A program made the position numbers and the translations under genes. Of a stretch of 50,861 nucleotides of DNA, positions 39,537 to 48,471 are shown piece after piece. The DNA is taken from positions 1-50,861 of the forward strand of contig CAWKBC010000012.1 of the NCBI GenBank assembly GCA_963847705.1. Direction: 5' to 3'. The stretch's first letter is position 1. Every line of letters starts with the position of its first letter. The DNA comes from an uncultured Pseudomonadota bacterium (GTDB lineage Bacteria; Myxococcota_A; Polyangia; Fen-1088). A model generated the notes under the pieces. The model did not search any database, was not told the DNA's origin, and worked only from the letters and a program-made list of their open reading frames with translations.

Positions 39537-39658
39537 GGACCACGCCGATCGTCTTCGCCAGGCCCCGAGCCGACATCCCCAACTGGGAGCGGAGAAACAC
39601 GAATTCCGGCCCTGAAAGCCGCGCTGCCTTCCGGATGACCTCTGCGGCGATCGTGCGG
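39537..39658 (-). repeat. 122-bp fragment of the MqsA-like gene (copy of 14827..14948)
   Basis: RTIAAEVIRKAARLSGPEFVFLRSQLGMSARGLAKTIGVV. Confidence 0.9.
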
Positions 39659-39709
39659 GGCCCCATCAGCTCGGCCACCTCGGCGGTGCGGACCCGAAGC
39701 TCACGAGGG

Positions 39710-40315
39710 TCAGCGGGGGGTCTTCGTGACCTGAGCCAGGAGTTCCCGCGCCCGCCGGCACTGCGCGACCTGCTCGTCGTGCGGGCGGCTGCAGTCGAGG
39801 CACACCCCGAGCGAAAGGACGGCGGCGTGGACCTCGTCCCACTGGGGATCGAGCGGGCCGTCGCGCGCGACACATCCGTTGACGCGCGGGAGCAACTCGG
39901 CCCGCAACATCTTCTCTGTCTCCCCCGCCACGGGCGACGGGCAAGCGATTGCTCCCGCGGCCCGCTTCGACTTCGCGTGCCCGGCGGACGGGTCGGCCTT
40001 GGATTCGATCGCCTGCGCCCGCTCCACCACCGTGCCCAGCGCCGACCGCGAGCAGTTTTCGTGGGTCACGCCGGTGGTCGCACCAGCAAGCAATGGGTGC
40101 GTGAACGACGCCGCGTGCCGTGCCGGCGGCGGCCGCGTCAGCGGTCGTGAAGCGACGGGCGCCTCACTGGAAACCGCTGGCGGCGATGCCCCTCGGTGGC
40201 AGCCCGCGACACCGGCAACAATCACGATTGCCGCGCTCCAGCCCACGATCGCCGTCGACGGCAGCGCCCGAGCCTCTCGCCGGATGCGCGCCGCGGACGG
40301 CCTTCCCCCGATCAC
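39710..40315 (-). CDS. Hypothetical lipoprotein
   Basis: Lipobox VAGC; GTGA overlap with the upstream gene. Confidence 0.65.
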   Translation of the reverse strand: MIGGRPSAARIRREARALPSTAIVGWSAAIVIVAGVAGCHRGASPPAVSSEAPVASRPLTRPPPARHAASFTHPLLAGATTGVTHENCSRSALGTVVERAQAIESKADPSAGHAKSKRAAGAIACPSPVAGETEKMLRAELLPRVNGCVARDGPLDPQWDEVHAAVLSLGVCLDCSRPHDEQVAQCRRARELLAQVTKTPR

Positions 40316-41694
40316 AAGGCGACGCCGCTCAGGGTCGCTTTGACGGGCTTGATCGAACCGTTGTCGACGAAGTTGGGCGTCAGGATCGACTGGTCGATGC
40401 CCAGCGCCGCGCCCAGCGTCTTGGCCGCCGAGACCGCGGTGTCGGACTGGGCGATGTCGCCGCCGGTCGCCATCGCGGCGCCGGTGGTCGAGTCGATGCC
40501 CGTCGCGCCGTAGACGCTGCCGGTGATGACACCGGTGCCGCCGGTCTGCCCCGGCGCGACGTTCTTGCCGATCATCACCATCACGCAGTGGTTTCCGAAG
40601 TGGTCGCGGCCGCCCAGCGCCTCGACCTTGGTGGTGCCGCTCAGGTCGCGGCCGAACACGTTCATGGTCGCGAAGGTGACGCTGTCGGTGAGGTTCAGCG
40701 ACGCCAGCGCCGCCTGGACCGCCGCGATCCCCGGCACGCCGCGCCCGGTGCCGTCGTGGTCGGTGTGGTCGAAGGTCTCGGAGGCGAGGTTCGCGTCGGT
40801 GTGGTTGTCGCCGCCGAACGGGATGTGCAGCGTGATGACCGGCGCCACCTTGGCGGCGATGAGGGCCGCCGCCGCCAGCGCCTGGCCGTGGACGTCGTCA
40901 GTGGTGATCGAGGCCAGCGTGGTGGCCAGGCTCTCGGCCAGCTGGCGGACTTGCGACTGGCTGGCGGCCATCGCGTCCAGGAAGGCCGACTGCTCGGGCG
41001 TTCCGTCGGCTTTGAAGATGGCATTGAGCTGGTTCAGGGTGGTGTCGCGCATCGAGCGCAGCTTGACCACCGGGTCGGTGGTCGAGCCGGTCAGCAGCTG
41101 TTTGAGCTGCGTCGGCGAGATGGCCGGCAGCGTGCGCCCGGTGAACGAGAGCATCTCCAGCGCGTTGCCGGCGGCGCCCACGGCCACCGGCTCCGACTGC
41201 ACCGTGCCAAGGCAAGGGAACAGGTGCTTGGCGTAGATCGATGGGACCATCTCGTTGTTGGCGGTCTGGCCCAAGAGGCGCATCGCCTTGGGGTGATCGC
41301 CGTGGACGGTGGCGCCGCTGGCGTAGTGGAAGAAGTTGGTGCGCGCCAGCGTGGCGGCCGGCAGGGCCGCCCAGGGCGCCGCCGCGGTCACCGAGTTGCC
41401 GCCCAGCATGAAGCTGGTGGGCGCCATCGTGGCGTCGGTCGGGTGCATCATGGCGGCGTTGTCGTAGGTGCCGGGGCAGTTGCAGGAGATCGAGTCGCCG
41501 GCGCTCGAGCAGCTCATGATGAGGTACTGCGCCTTGCCCTGGTTGGACAGCGCGCAGGTCATGTCCTGCGCCGAGGCCCTGCGCGGGTTGGCCAGGAACC
41601 AGACCGGCAGCCCGGTGGCCATCGCCCGCAGGCCCACGTAACCGGCCCCGAAGAGGCCGCTCAGCAACGTCTCGCGTCGGTTCAACGGTTTCAT
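40312..41694 (-). CDS. DUF1501-like Tat-exported protein
   Basis: LNRRETL twin-arginine signal; GGDNHTD, NVFGR, GGRDH. Confidence 0.8.
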   Translation of the reverse strand: MKPLNRRETLLSGLFGAGYVGLRAMATGLPVWFLANPRRASAQDMTCALSNQGKAQYLIMSCSSAGDSISCNCPGTYDNAAMMHPTDATMAPTSFMLGGNSVTAAAPWAALPAATLARTNFFHYASGATVHGDHPKAMRLLGQTANNEMVPSIYAKHLFPCLGTVQSEPVAVGAAGNALEMLSFTGRTLPAISPTQLKQLLTGSTTDPVVKLRSMRDTTLNQLNAIFKADGTPEQSAFLDAMAASQSQVRQLAESLATTLASITTDDVHGQALAAAALIAAKVAPVITLHIPFGGDNHTDANLASETFDHTDHDGTGRGVPGIAAVQAALASLNLTDSVTFATMNVFGRDLSGTTKVEALGGRDHFGNHCVMVMIGKNVAPGQTGGTGVITGSVYGATGIDSTTGAAMATGGDIAQSDTAVSAAKTLGAALGIDQSILTPNFVDNGSIKPVKATLSGVAL

Positions 41695-41704
41695 CGCTTC
41701 CTTC

Positions 41705-43888
41705 TCAAATGCCCAGGGCCAGGGAGGTCGGGGATTGGCAGGCGGCCGAGAACGTCGAGCGCAACGCGCTGGTTGCCGTGGCCTTGGCCGCGACGGCGGC
41801 GGTGTAGTGAGCCTGCAGCGCCGAGAGCACCGCCGCGTAGTGCGGGTCGGAGGCGGGCACGCCCATGATGTTGACGACCATGTCGGCGATGGCCGTCTGG
41901 TAGCTGCTGCTGGAATAGACCGTCCCCGCGGTGGCGTCCACGACCTTGGCCGCCACCGCCTCGCAGACCAGCTCGCTGGCCGCGCGGTAAAACAGGTTCG
42001 GTTGGGACGACGTGACCGGGAGCTGCGACCCGCGGCTGAAGGCGTCGGCGTCGATCGATCCGGCCAGCCGGTTGAGCGCGGTGGTGACCCCCGTCGGCGT
42101 CGGCACCAGGATCTGGCAGACATCGGGCTTACCGAGCCGGTTCGACAGCGCCGCGCAGAGCTGATCGCGGCGCGTGATGCTGATGGTGACGCCGTCCTGG
42201 TCGAAGGTGGCCGTGTCGGCGGCGGAGGTCACCAGCGGCGAGGAGAAGAGCTGGCGCACCAACGTCGGGAAGTCGTAGCTGGCGTTCTGAAAGGCCAGTG
42301 CGACCCGGCGCATCTCCGGATCGGTCTCCTCGCACTGGGCCGAGTTCGCGAAGAAGCAGAGCTTCTGGGTCATCGCCAGCGCGAACCGGTTGACGGGCTG
42401 TCCGTCCACCTGCGAATCGGTGACCTGCCCCACGAACGTGCCGAAGTCGACCAGCGTCGTCCCGTTCTGGGTGACGTTCCCGAAGCCGAAGCTGGCCCCG
42501 TTGCCCGGCTTGGCGTTGACCTGATCGTTGTAGTCGTAGAAGTTGCCCCAGAACTGCCGCATGGGGTCCAGGCTCTTGTGGCAGCCGTAACAGATGGATC
42601 CGGTGACGGCGTGCGTTCCGTCGAGGCCGATTGCGCTGGGTGGCGTCGGGATGGCGGCGGTCGCGTCGGTGAACCCTTGGTTGAGGGCGCCCAGGAGCGC
42701 CTGGTTGGCGGTGACCCGGTGCTGGTTGCTGTCGTTGGTGTTCCAGATCGCCAGGAACGACGGCGTGGTGAAGAAGCTGACCCGCGGCAGCCGCGACGGC
42801 AGCGTGCTGGTCGCGCGCAGCGACGGCAGATCGTACGAATTGATCGGCGTCCCCGTCTTGGTGATGGTGACCATTCGCCAGTCGGAGGTGTCGGCCGGCG
42901 TGATGTACGGCTGGATGGCGTGCTCGAAGCAGCCGAGGTCGGTCGACCCCTGGCCGTTGTTGGTCGAGTCGCGATCGACCACGCCCAGCAGCACGTGGAA
43001 CAGGTTGGTGCTGCCCGGGTAGGTCGAGATCTTGGTCGCATCGCCGGCGCAGGTCGTGCCGCTCGGCCCCTTGCCGGTGGTCGTCGTCGGCGCGGCGTAG
43101 CCCCAGATCATGTAGTTGGGGCTGGCCGGATTCAGGGTGTCGGCCAGCGCGGGCCGCGTGCCGTGGTTGAACTGCCAGTTGAAGGTGTGGATGTCGTACG
43201 GCATCTCGATCTGCATGTACATGCTCATGAGCGCCGTGGTCATCATGAACTGCTGGGTGGTCAGGATATTGGTGAACGGCTGCCCCGACGAGATGATCTG
43301 CAGGCACGTGCGCGCAAAACTCTGCTGCATGTTCTGGAACAACATCGGAAACGCCGTGTCGCCGAAGATGCCGTAGGGCAGGTCGAACGCGCCCGGGCGC
43401 ATGCGCAGCTGGAACTCGAAGTTCAACACCGCCAGCGAGGACTGCTGAAAGGCGTTCGAGAAGAAGAACATCATCTTGTCTTGGTACTGCGGCATCGCCA
43501 TCCAGCTGTTGATGAGCGTCTGCAGCGCCGTGGGATCGGTGTCGGCGGCCACCTCGGCGTCGGTGGGCGGCAGGCCGGTCAGCACATTCTTGATCTTCCG
43601 CAGCGCCGCGAAGCTCGACAGTGGCGTCGTGAACCCGCCACTGTTGCCTACCCCACCGCCGTCGGTGCCGTAGGCGGCGCCCGCCCCGGTGGTTCCCGCT
43701 CCGCCGCTCCCGGTGCCGGCGCCCGAACCGGTGCCCGCGCCCGTACCAGGGTTCGCGCTGGAGCCGGACGATCCAGAGTTGCCGCTGCCGGACCCGGCGC
43801 CGCTCGCTTGGCCAGCGATGGTCCCTTTGCAACCGAGCAGCGCTCCACCAAGGACCAACACGGTGCCGATGCGCGCGAAGAGCTTCAT
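41705..43888 (-). CDS. Large lipoprotein, DUF1501 partner (DUF1549/1585-like), single CxxCH
   Basis: Lipobox LLGC; LRKIKNVLTGLPPT; CYGCHKSLDP. Confidence 0.78.
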   Translation of the reverse strand: MKLFARIGTVLVLGGALLGCKGTIAGQASGAGSGSGNSGSSGSSANPGTGAGTGSGAGTGSGGAGTTGAGAAYGTDGGGVGNSGGFTTPLSSFAALRKIKNVLTGLPPTDAEVAADTDPTALQTLINSWMAMPQYQDKMMFFFSNAFQQSSLAVLNFEFQLRMRPGAFDLPYGIFGDTAFPMLFQNMQQSFARTCLQIISSGQPFTNILTTQQFMMTTALMSMYMQIEMPYDIHTFNWQFNHGTRPALADTLNPASPNYMIWGYAAPTTTTGKGPSGTTCAGDATKISTYPGSTNLFHVLLGVVDRDSTNNGQGSTDLGCFEHAIQPYITPADTSDWRMVTITKTGTPINSYDLPSLRATSTLPSRLPRVSFFTTPSFLAIWNTNDSNQHRVTANQALLGALNQGFTDATAAIPTPPSAIGLDGTHAVTGSICYGCHKSLDPMRQFWGNFYDYNDQVNAKPGNGASFGFGNVTQNGTTLVDFGTFVGQVTDSQVDGQPVNRFALAMTQKLCFFANSAQCEETDPEMRRVALAFQNASYDFPTLVRQLFSSPLVTSAADTATFDQDGVTISITRRDQLCAALSNRLGKPDVCQILVPTPTGVTTALNRLAGSIDADAFSRGSQLPVTSSQPNLFYRAASELVCEAVAAKVVDATAGTVYSSSSYQTAIADMVVNIMGVPASDPHYAAVLSALQAHYTAAVAAKATATSALRSTFSAACQSPTSLALGI

Positions 43889-44070
43889 GCGTCCTTGTTC
43901 GATCCAAGGGCCGCCCGCGCCAGGAATGGTGCGTTTGATTTCTCGGAGGGTTCGTCCCGCAAGGAGATCGCGACGAGGCTTGCTCGCGCTTACGACGACC
44001 CAGGGTGTAGCGGCTGCTCCCACTCGCCGTCTGCAGCAATTCCGCCTGGCACTCCCCTCTAGAGCAAACG

Positions 44071-45618
44071 ATGAGAAATCGATTCCTTCTGGCTCTCGTG
44101 GTCGCCCTCCCCCTCTCTCTTGTGAGCGCCGGATGCGGCAGCGGTGCTGACGCGTCGGACGCTGGATCGGGAACCGGCGGCGCGGTCGCCGCGACCGGTG
44201 GAGAAGCAGGCGGCGGCACAGCAGGGAAAGGAACGGCGGCCGGCACGGGAGGCGCAGCGGGCTCGCCAACAACTGGATCGACCGGTGGCGAAGCCGGAAG
44301 CAGTGGTGGCGGTGCAAGCGGCAGCGGGGGACTGAGCGGCAGCGGGGGGCTGAGCGGCAGTGGCGGCACCAAGGCCGGCGGCGGAACGTCAGGTGCGATC
44401 GGTGCGGGTGGCTCCGCGGGAGGCGGTACAGCAGGGAGAGGCACTGCGGGTAATCAAGGCACCGGAGGAGCAGGAGGTTCGACGGGCAGAGGCGGTGCGG
44501 CCGGAAGCGGCGCCGCGGGAAGCGGAAACACCAGCGGCCAGATCCCGGATGGCTATCCGACACCGACCGCCGCGAACAAGGCGGTGTGCCAATCCGTCGC
44601 ACAGACCACGTCGCCGGGCGGCGCGATGGTCTGCCCGGGAGGCGGCGCCGGCCCGGTCTGCATCGAGTGCCTGTTCGGAGGCGACACCTACAACACCACC
44701 GACGTCGCGACCTCCCAGGGGACCATGGAGGCGGGAAACTACGCGGTCACGATAACCCTGGGCGGCACGACCGCCGCGCAGACGCAGATCAACGCCGAGG
44801 CCAACCGTGAATTGCTCGCTTCGGTGACGTCGACCGCGGGTCACTCGGCGACGTACTCGTTCGTGGTCAATGTCCGGGCCAAGGAGGGGCAGCCGACGGA
44901 GGACGTCGCCGCCGGATATCCAGGGCTGGATCTGTTCTTCTCTGGTCCGACCGCGCAGCCACCCGAGGTCTCCGCCATCGGGTACGCGCTGGTCGGAGCC
45001 GCCACCAAGCCGGTGATGATCTACGTCGCCAGCGACTCGACGGCGTGCGATCAGACCGACACCGACTACGCGGGATGGGGACAGATGTTGCCCGAGTTCT
45101 TCGCGCCGCCGGCGGGCGTTGCCAACTACGCCGACAGCGGCGAGAGCTCGGCCAGCTTCCTCGGCAGCGGCGCCGAATGGGGCGCGGTCAAGGCAGCGAT
45201 GGTCGCGGGCGACTGGGTGTTGATCCAGTTCGGCCACAACGACAAGACGACGACCTCCGCCGACTTCCAGGCCAACATCACCAAGATGGTGACGGACGCC
45301 AAGGCCAAGGGCGCGACCCCCGTTCTGGTCTCGCCTCCGGCGCGCGCCACCTTCAGCGGCCAGACGCTGTCCGACCAGTCGAGCCTGCATTCGGCCGACA
45401 TGCAGGCCGTCGCCACCGCTCAGAACGTCGCGTACATCAATCTCACGTCGATCACCACGACCTGGTACAACCAAATCGGACCCAACGGCTGGCAGCAGTA
45501 CCACGCGCTCGGGACCGACCAGACGCACACCAACGCTGCTGGCGCGAACAAGATCGCGGCGTTCGTGGCGTCCGCGATCAGCACCCAGAAGATCGGGCTC
45601 TCCCAGTACCTGCGCTGA
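44071..45618 (+). CDS. SGNH/GDSL hydrolase, rhamnogalacturonan acetylesterase-like (CE12) lipoprotein
   Basis: YVASDST, GWGQ, LIQFGHND, DQTHTN. Confidence 0.88.
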   Translation: MRNRFLLALVVALPLSLVSAGCGSGADASDAGSGTGGAVAATGGEAGGGTAGKGTAAGTGGAAGSPTTGSTGGEAGSSGGGASGSGGLSGSGGLSGSGGTKAGGGTSGAIGAGGSAGGGTAGRGTAGNQGTGGAGGSTGRGGAAGSGAAGSGNTSGQIPDGYPTPTAANKAVCQSVAQTTSPGGAMVCPGGGAGPVCIECLFGGDTYNTTDVATSQGTMEAGNYAVTITLGGTTAAQTQINAEANRELLASVTSTAGHSATYSFVVNVRAKEGQPTEDVAAGYPGLDLFFSGPTAQPPEVSAIGYALVGAATKPVMIYVASDSTACDQTDTDYAGWGQMLPEFFAPPAGVANYADSGESSASFLGSGAEWGAVKAAMVAGDWVLIQFGHNDKTTTSADFQANITKMVTDAKAKGATPVLVSPPARATFSGQTLSDQSSLHSADMQAVATAQNVAYINLTSITTTWYNQIGPNGWQQYHALGTDQTHTNAAGANKIAAFVASAISTQKIGLSQYLR

Positions 45619-45737
45619 GACTTCCCGACCGCACGACGCGAGCTCCGAGCGAAGCCTCGACGACGCCCGAACCCGCCGTCCGGAACGGAGAGCGTCGATA
45701 CGCACCAACTCCGTCGCGCCAGGCCCTTTGTCGGATC

Positions 45738-46562
45738 ATGAGGAATCGCGGTCGCTCTCGGTTCGCGCTGCTCGTCGTCGCAGCGTGCGGCGCCATCACA
45801 GCGTGCGCCAACTCGGGAATGACTGGTGGCGGGACTGACGCCGCAGGATCAGGCGCGGGAGGGTCGACCACGGCAGGAGCCGGTGGCGCCGACCAGTCTG
45901 GGTCTGGGGGATCATCCAATTCGGGTTCGGGTGGCCGAGCCGGGTCCGGTGCTTCTGGCGGTGGCTCTTCGGGTTCTGGAACCGGCGGTGTGGCCGGTGC
46001 TACGGGCGGAACCAGTGGCACCGGGGGCGTGCTCGGCGGAGCGGCCGGCAAGAGCGGTGGTGCGGGCGCCGCCGGCGGGCACGCGGGCGCGGGAACCGGC
46101 GTTTGCGCCGGCGACACGTCGCCCAATCCCGACGTCGCGACCAGTTGCAATTCCGCCGGCGCGAAGGTGGGCGCCACCTGCACCCAGAACTGCTGCGTCG
46201 GCTGCGGGATCGATTCGCTCGGCGCAGAGACCTGCACCTGCACCAACAAGAAATACGCGACCTGCACCTGTCCTCGACCCGCCACCTGGACGGCGCTCGG
46301 TGGTGAATGTGGGGACTCGAGCTGCATGACTGTCGGCGGTCCTTGCTCGCCGCAGGGGTATGCCTCGGCGACGGGAGCCCCCCAAGGGGCCAACATTCTG
46401 GACGGCCAGGACTGCGTCATGAACGGGAACGTCTGCTTCACCGCCGAGGCCGGCGGCACCCACGGCTGCGTCTGCGCCTCCCTGCCCTCGGGCGACTTCG
46501 TCATGCGTTGCGGGCTGGTCAACGGCTGGTTCACCAACAACGGCATGCCGACGACGTACTGA
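45738..46562 (+). CDS. Cys-rich lipoprotein with Gly-rich linker
   Basis: Signal peptide with lipobox ITAC; Cys-rich C-terminal domain. Confidence 0.75.
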   Translation: MRNRGRSRFALLVVAACGAITACANSGMTGGGTDAAGSGAGGSTTAGAGGADQSGSGGSSNSGSGGRAGSGASGGGSSGSGTGGVAGATGGTSGTGGVLGGAAGKSGGAGAAGGHAGAGTGVCAGDTSPNPDVATSCNSAGAKVGATCTQNCCVGCGIDSLGAETCTCTNKKYATCTCPRPATWTALGGECGDSSCMTVGGPCSPQGYASATGAPQGANILDGQDCVMNGNVCFTAEAGGTHGCVCASLPSGDFVMRCGLVNGWFTNNGMPTTY

Positions 46563-46663
46563 GGACCGGGCGCCTCGGCGGCTCGACCGGGCGCCAGGCA
46601 GACGCGTCGCTCTTCACCAGATTCGCGTTGCCCGCCCCTCCTACCCATATGCACTCCTTCGCC

Positions 46664-48277
46664 ATGAGATGGACGCTCGGGATTCTCTTGGTGGGGACGC
46701 TGTCTGCCGCCGACCAAGCGCGCGCCGCCGACGCGGGCACCAAGACCCTCATCGACTACTTCCAGCCGACCCCGATCGTTTGCCCGCTGACGTCGAACAC
46801 CTGGGGTGCCGCCGGAGTGCTGCCCAGGGACACCTGCAACGGCCTGGAGGATGCAACCAACGCCAACTGGCAATACTGGGACGGCAAGATCCTGCAGGGC
46901 GCGGACGGCAAGTTCCACCTGTACGCCGGGCGCTGGCCACAGAACAAAGGGTTCGCCGACTGGCCCAACTCGGTGATCGTCGGCTCGGTCAGCAACGGCG
47001 GGATCACCGGCTCGTACGTTCCCACGACGACCACGCCCTTCAGCGGCAAGGAGCAAAACGTCACGGGAATCGTCCTCAACAACGGCACGAACGTGCTGCT
47101 GGACAGCCCCGGAAACATCTACGAGTCGACCTCCCTGGCCGACCCGTGGACCTCGCTGGGCGCGCTCACCATCACCGCGAATGGCTCGACGATCTCGACG
47201 CAGACCACGGAGAATCAGAGCATTTGGCAGAGCGCTGACAACAGCTTCCTGATCATCAGCCGCAGCTTCCAGGAGATGACCAGCGCCACCAACATCGTGG
47301 GGCCGTACATCATCCAGGCGACCATTCCCAATCTGCAGAGCGAGGGCTATGAAGACCCGGTGGTCTGGTGCAGCGGCGGGCAGTACCACCTGATCGCCAA
47401 CATGTACAACGCCCGCAAGGCGAACCACTTCACGTCGGCGGACGGCATTCACAACTGGACCAACCGCGGTCTGGCCTACGATCCGACGACGGATTTCATC
47501 CGCTACACGGACGGGACCGTCAACCACTGGTACAAGATCGAACGCCCGGGGGTGTTCATGCAGGGCGGCCACGTGACGGCCTTTACCTTCGCGGTCATCG
47601 ACGTCGACAAGACACTCGACCTCGCCAATGACACCCACGGGAGCAAGATCATCGTCGTCCCCTTCGACGGCGCGACCTTCGATCGTGAGAATCCCGGACC
47701 GGGCAGCGCGGCCTGCCCGGCGGAGTCCACCGGCACCGGAGGGACCGCCGGCGGGAAGGGCGGCTCCGGAGGTGGTCCGGGCGGAGCAGCCGGCGCTACC
47801 GGCGGGGGCGGACGCGGCGGGGCCAACGGTTCCGGCGGCGTTATCGGCTCGGGCGGAGCATCTGGCGTTGCTGGCAGCGGTGGGCACGCAGGTACGAGCG
47901 GCGCCGGTGGAGCCACTGGATCCGCCGGCAGGATCGGTTCTGGGGGCGTTGGGGGACGGCCAGGCGCGAACGGTTCAGGTGGCAGCGGCCAAACTGGCGG
48001 CAGCGGCGACGCGGAAACTGGTGGAGCGGGCGGCGGCACTGCGACGACCGGCAGTGGGGGCGCGACGACCGGCAGTGGGGGCGCGACCAGCACTGGGGGG
48101 AGCGACGGAGAGCCGCCCGAAGGAAATACGTCCGGGTGTTCGTGCGCGACCACCGGCGGCGGCTCCGAAGATAGAGGCGCCTTCCTGGTGCTATTCCTCG
48201 GCATCGCCCTCACCGCCTCGCGGCGCAGGGTTCCGGCTCATCGGCGACGCCGACAGAGACCGCCGTTTTGGGGTTGA
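46664..48277 (+). CDS. Beta-propeller glycoside hydrolase (GH43-like) with MYXO-CTERM-like tail
   Basis: YWDG, EDPVVW, SADGIHNW, KIERP; GCSC followed by a TM helix and RRR. Confidence 0.78.
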   Translation: MRWTLGILLVGTLSAADQARAADAGTKTLIDYFQPTPIVCPLTSNTWGAAGVLPRDTCNGLEDATNANWQYWDGKILQGADGKFHLYAGRWPQNKGFADWPNSVIVGSVSNGGITGSYVPTTTTPFSGKEQNVTGIVLNNGTNVLLDSPGNIYESTSLADPWTSLGALTITANGSTISTQTTENQSIWQSADNSFLIISRSFQEMTSATNIVGPYIIQATIPNLQSEGYEDPVVWCSGGQYHLIANMYNARKANHFTSADGIHNWTNRGLAYDPTTDFIRYTDGTVNHWYKIERPGVFMQGGHVTAFTFAVIDVDKTLDLANDTHGSKIIVVPFDGATFDRENPGPGSAACPAESTGTGGTAGGKGGSGGGPGGAAGATGGGGRGGANGSGGVIGSGGASGVAGSGGHAGTSGAGGATGSAGRIGSGGVGGRPGANGSGGSGQTGGSGDAETGGAGGGTATTGSGGATTGSGGATSTGGSDGEPPEGNTSGCSCATTGGGSEDRGAFLVLFLGIALTASRRRVPAHRRRRQRPPFWG

Positions 48278-48282
48278 CCTCG

Positions 48283-48313
48283 GGAGGCCGCCGGAGGTCC
48301 GGCGGCCGCTCCT
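48283..48313 (+). terminator. GC-rich stem-loop, possible terminator
   Basis: GGCCGCCGGA-GG-TCCGGCGGCC right after the stop codon; weak U tract. Confidence 0.5.
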
Positions 48314-48471
48314 TCAAACCCAGCGCGGTCAAAAGCCAGATGGCGGAGTGGCGCTCATCGGGCGCTGAACAGTTTTGGATTCAACGTTCGCGACGTCGGT
48401 CGGGCGCAGCGGTACGGGAACGGCCCCCCGCCCCTGCACCAAGTTCGCCCGCATTGGCCCTTGAATTCATT

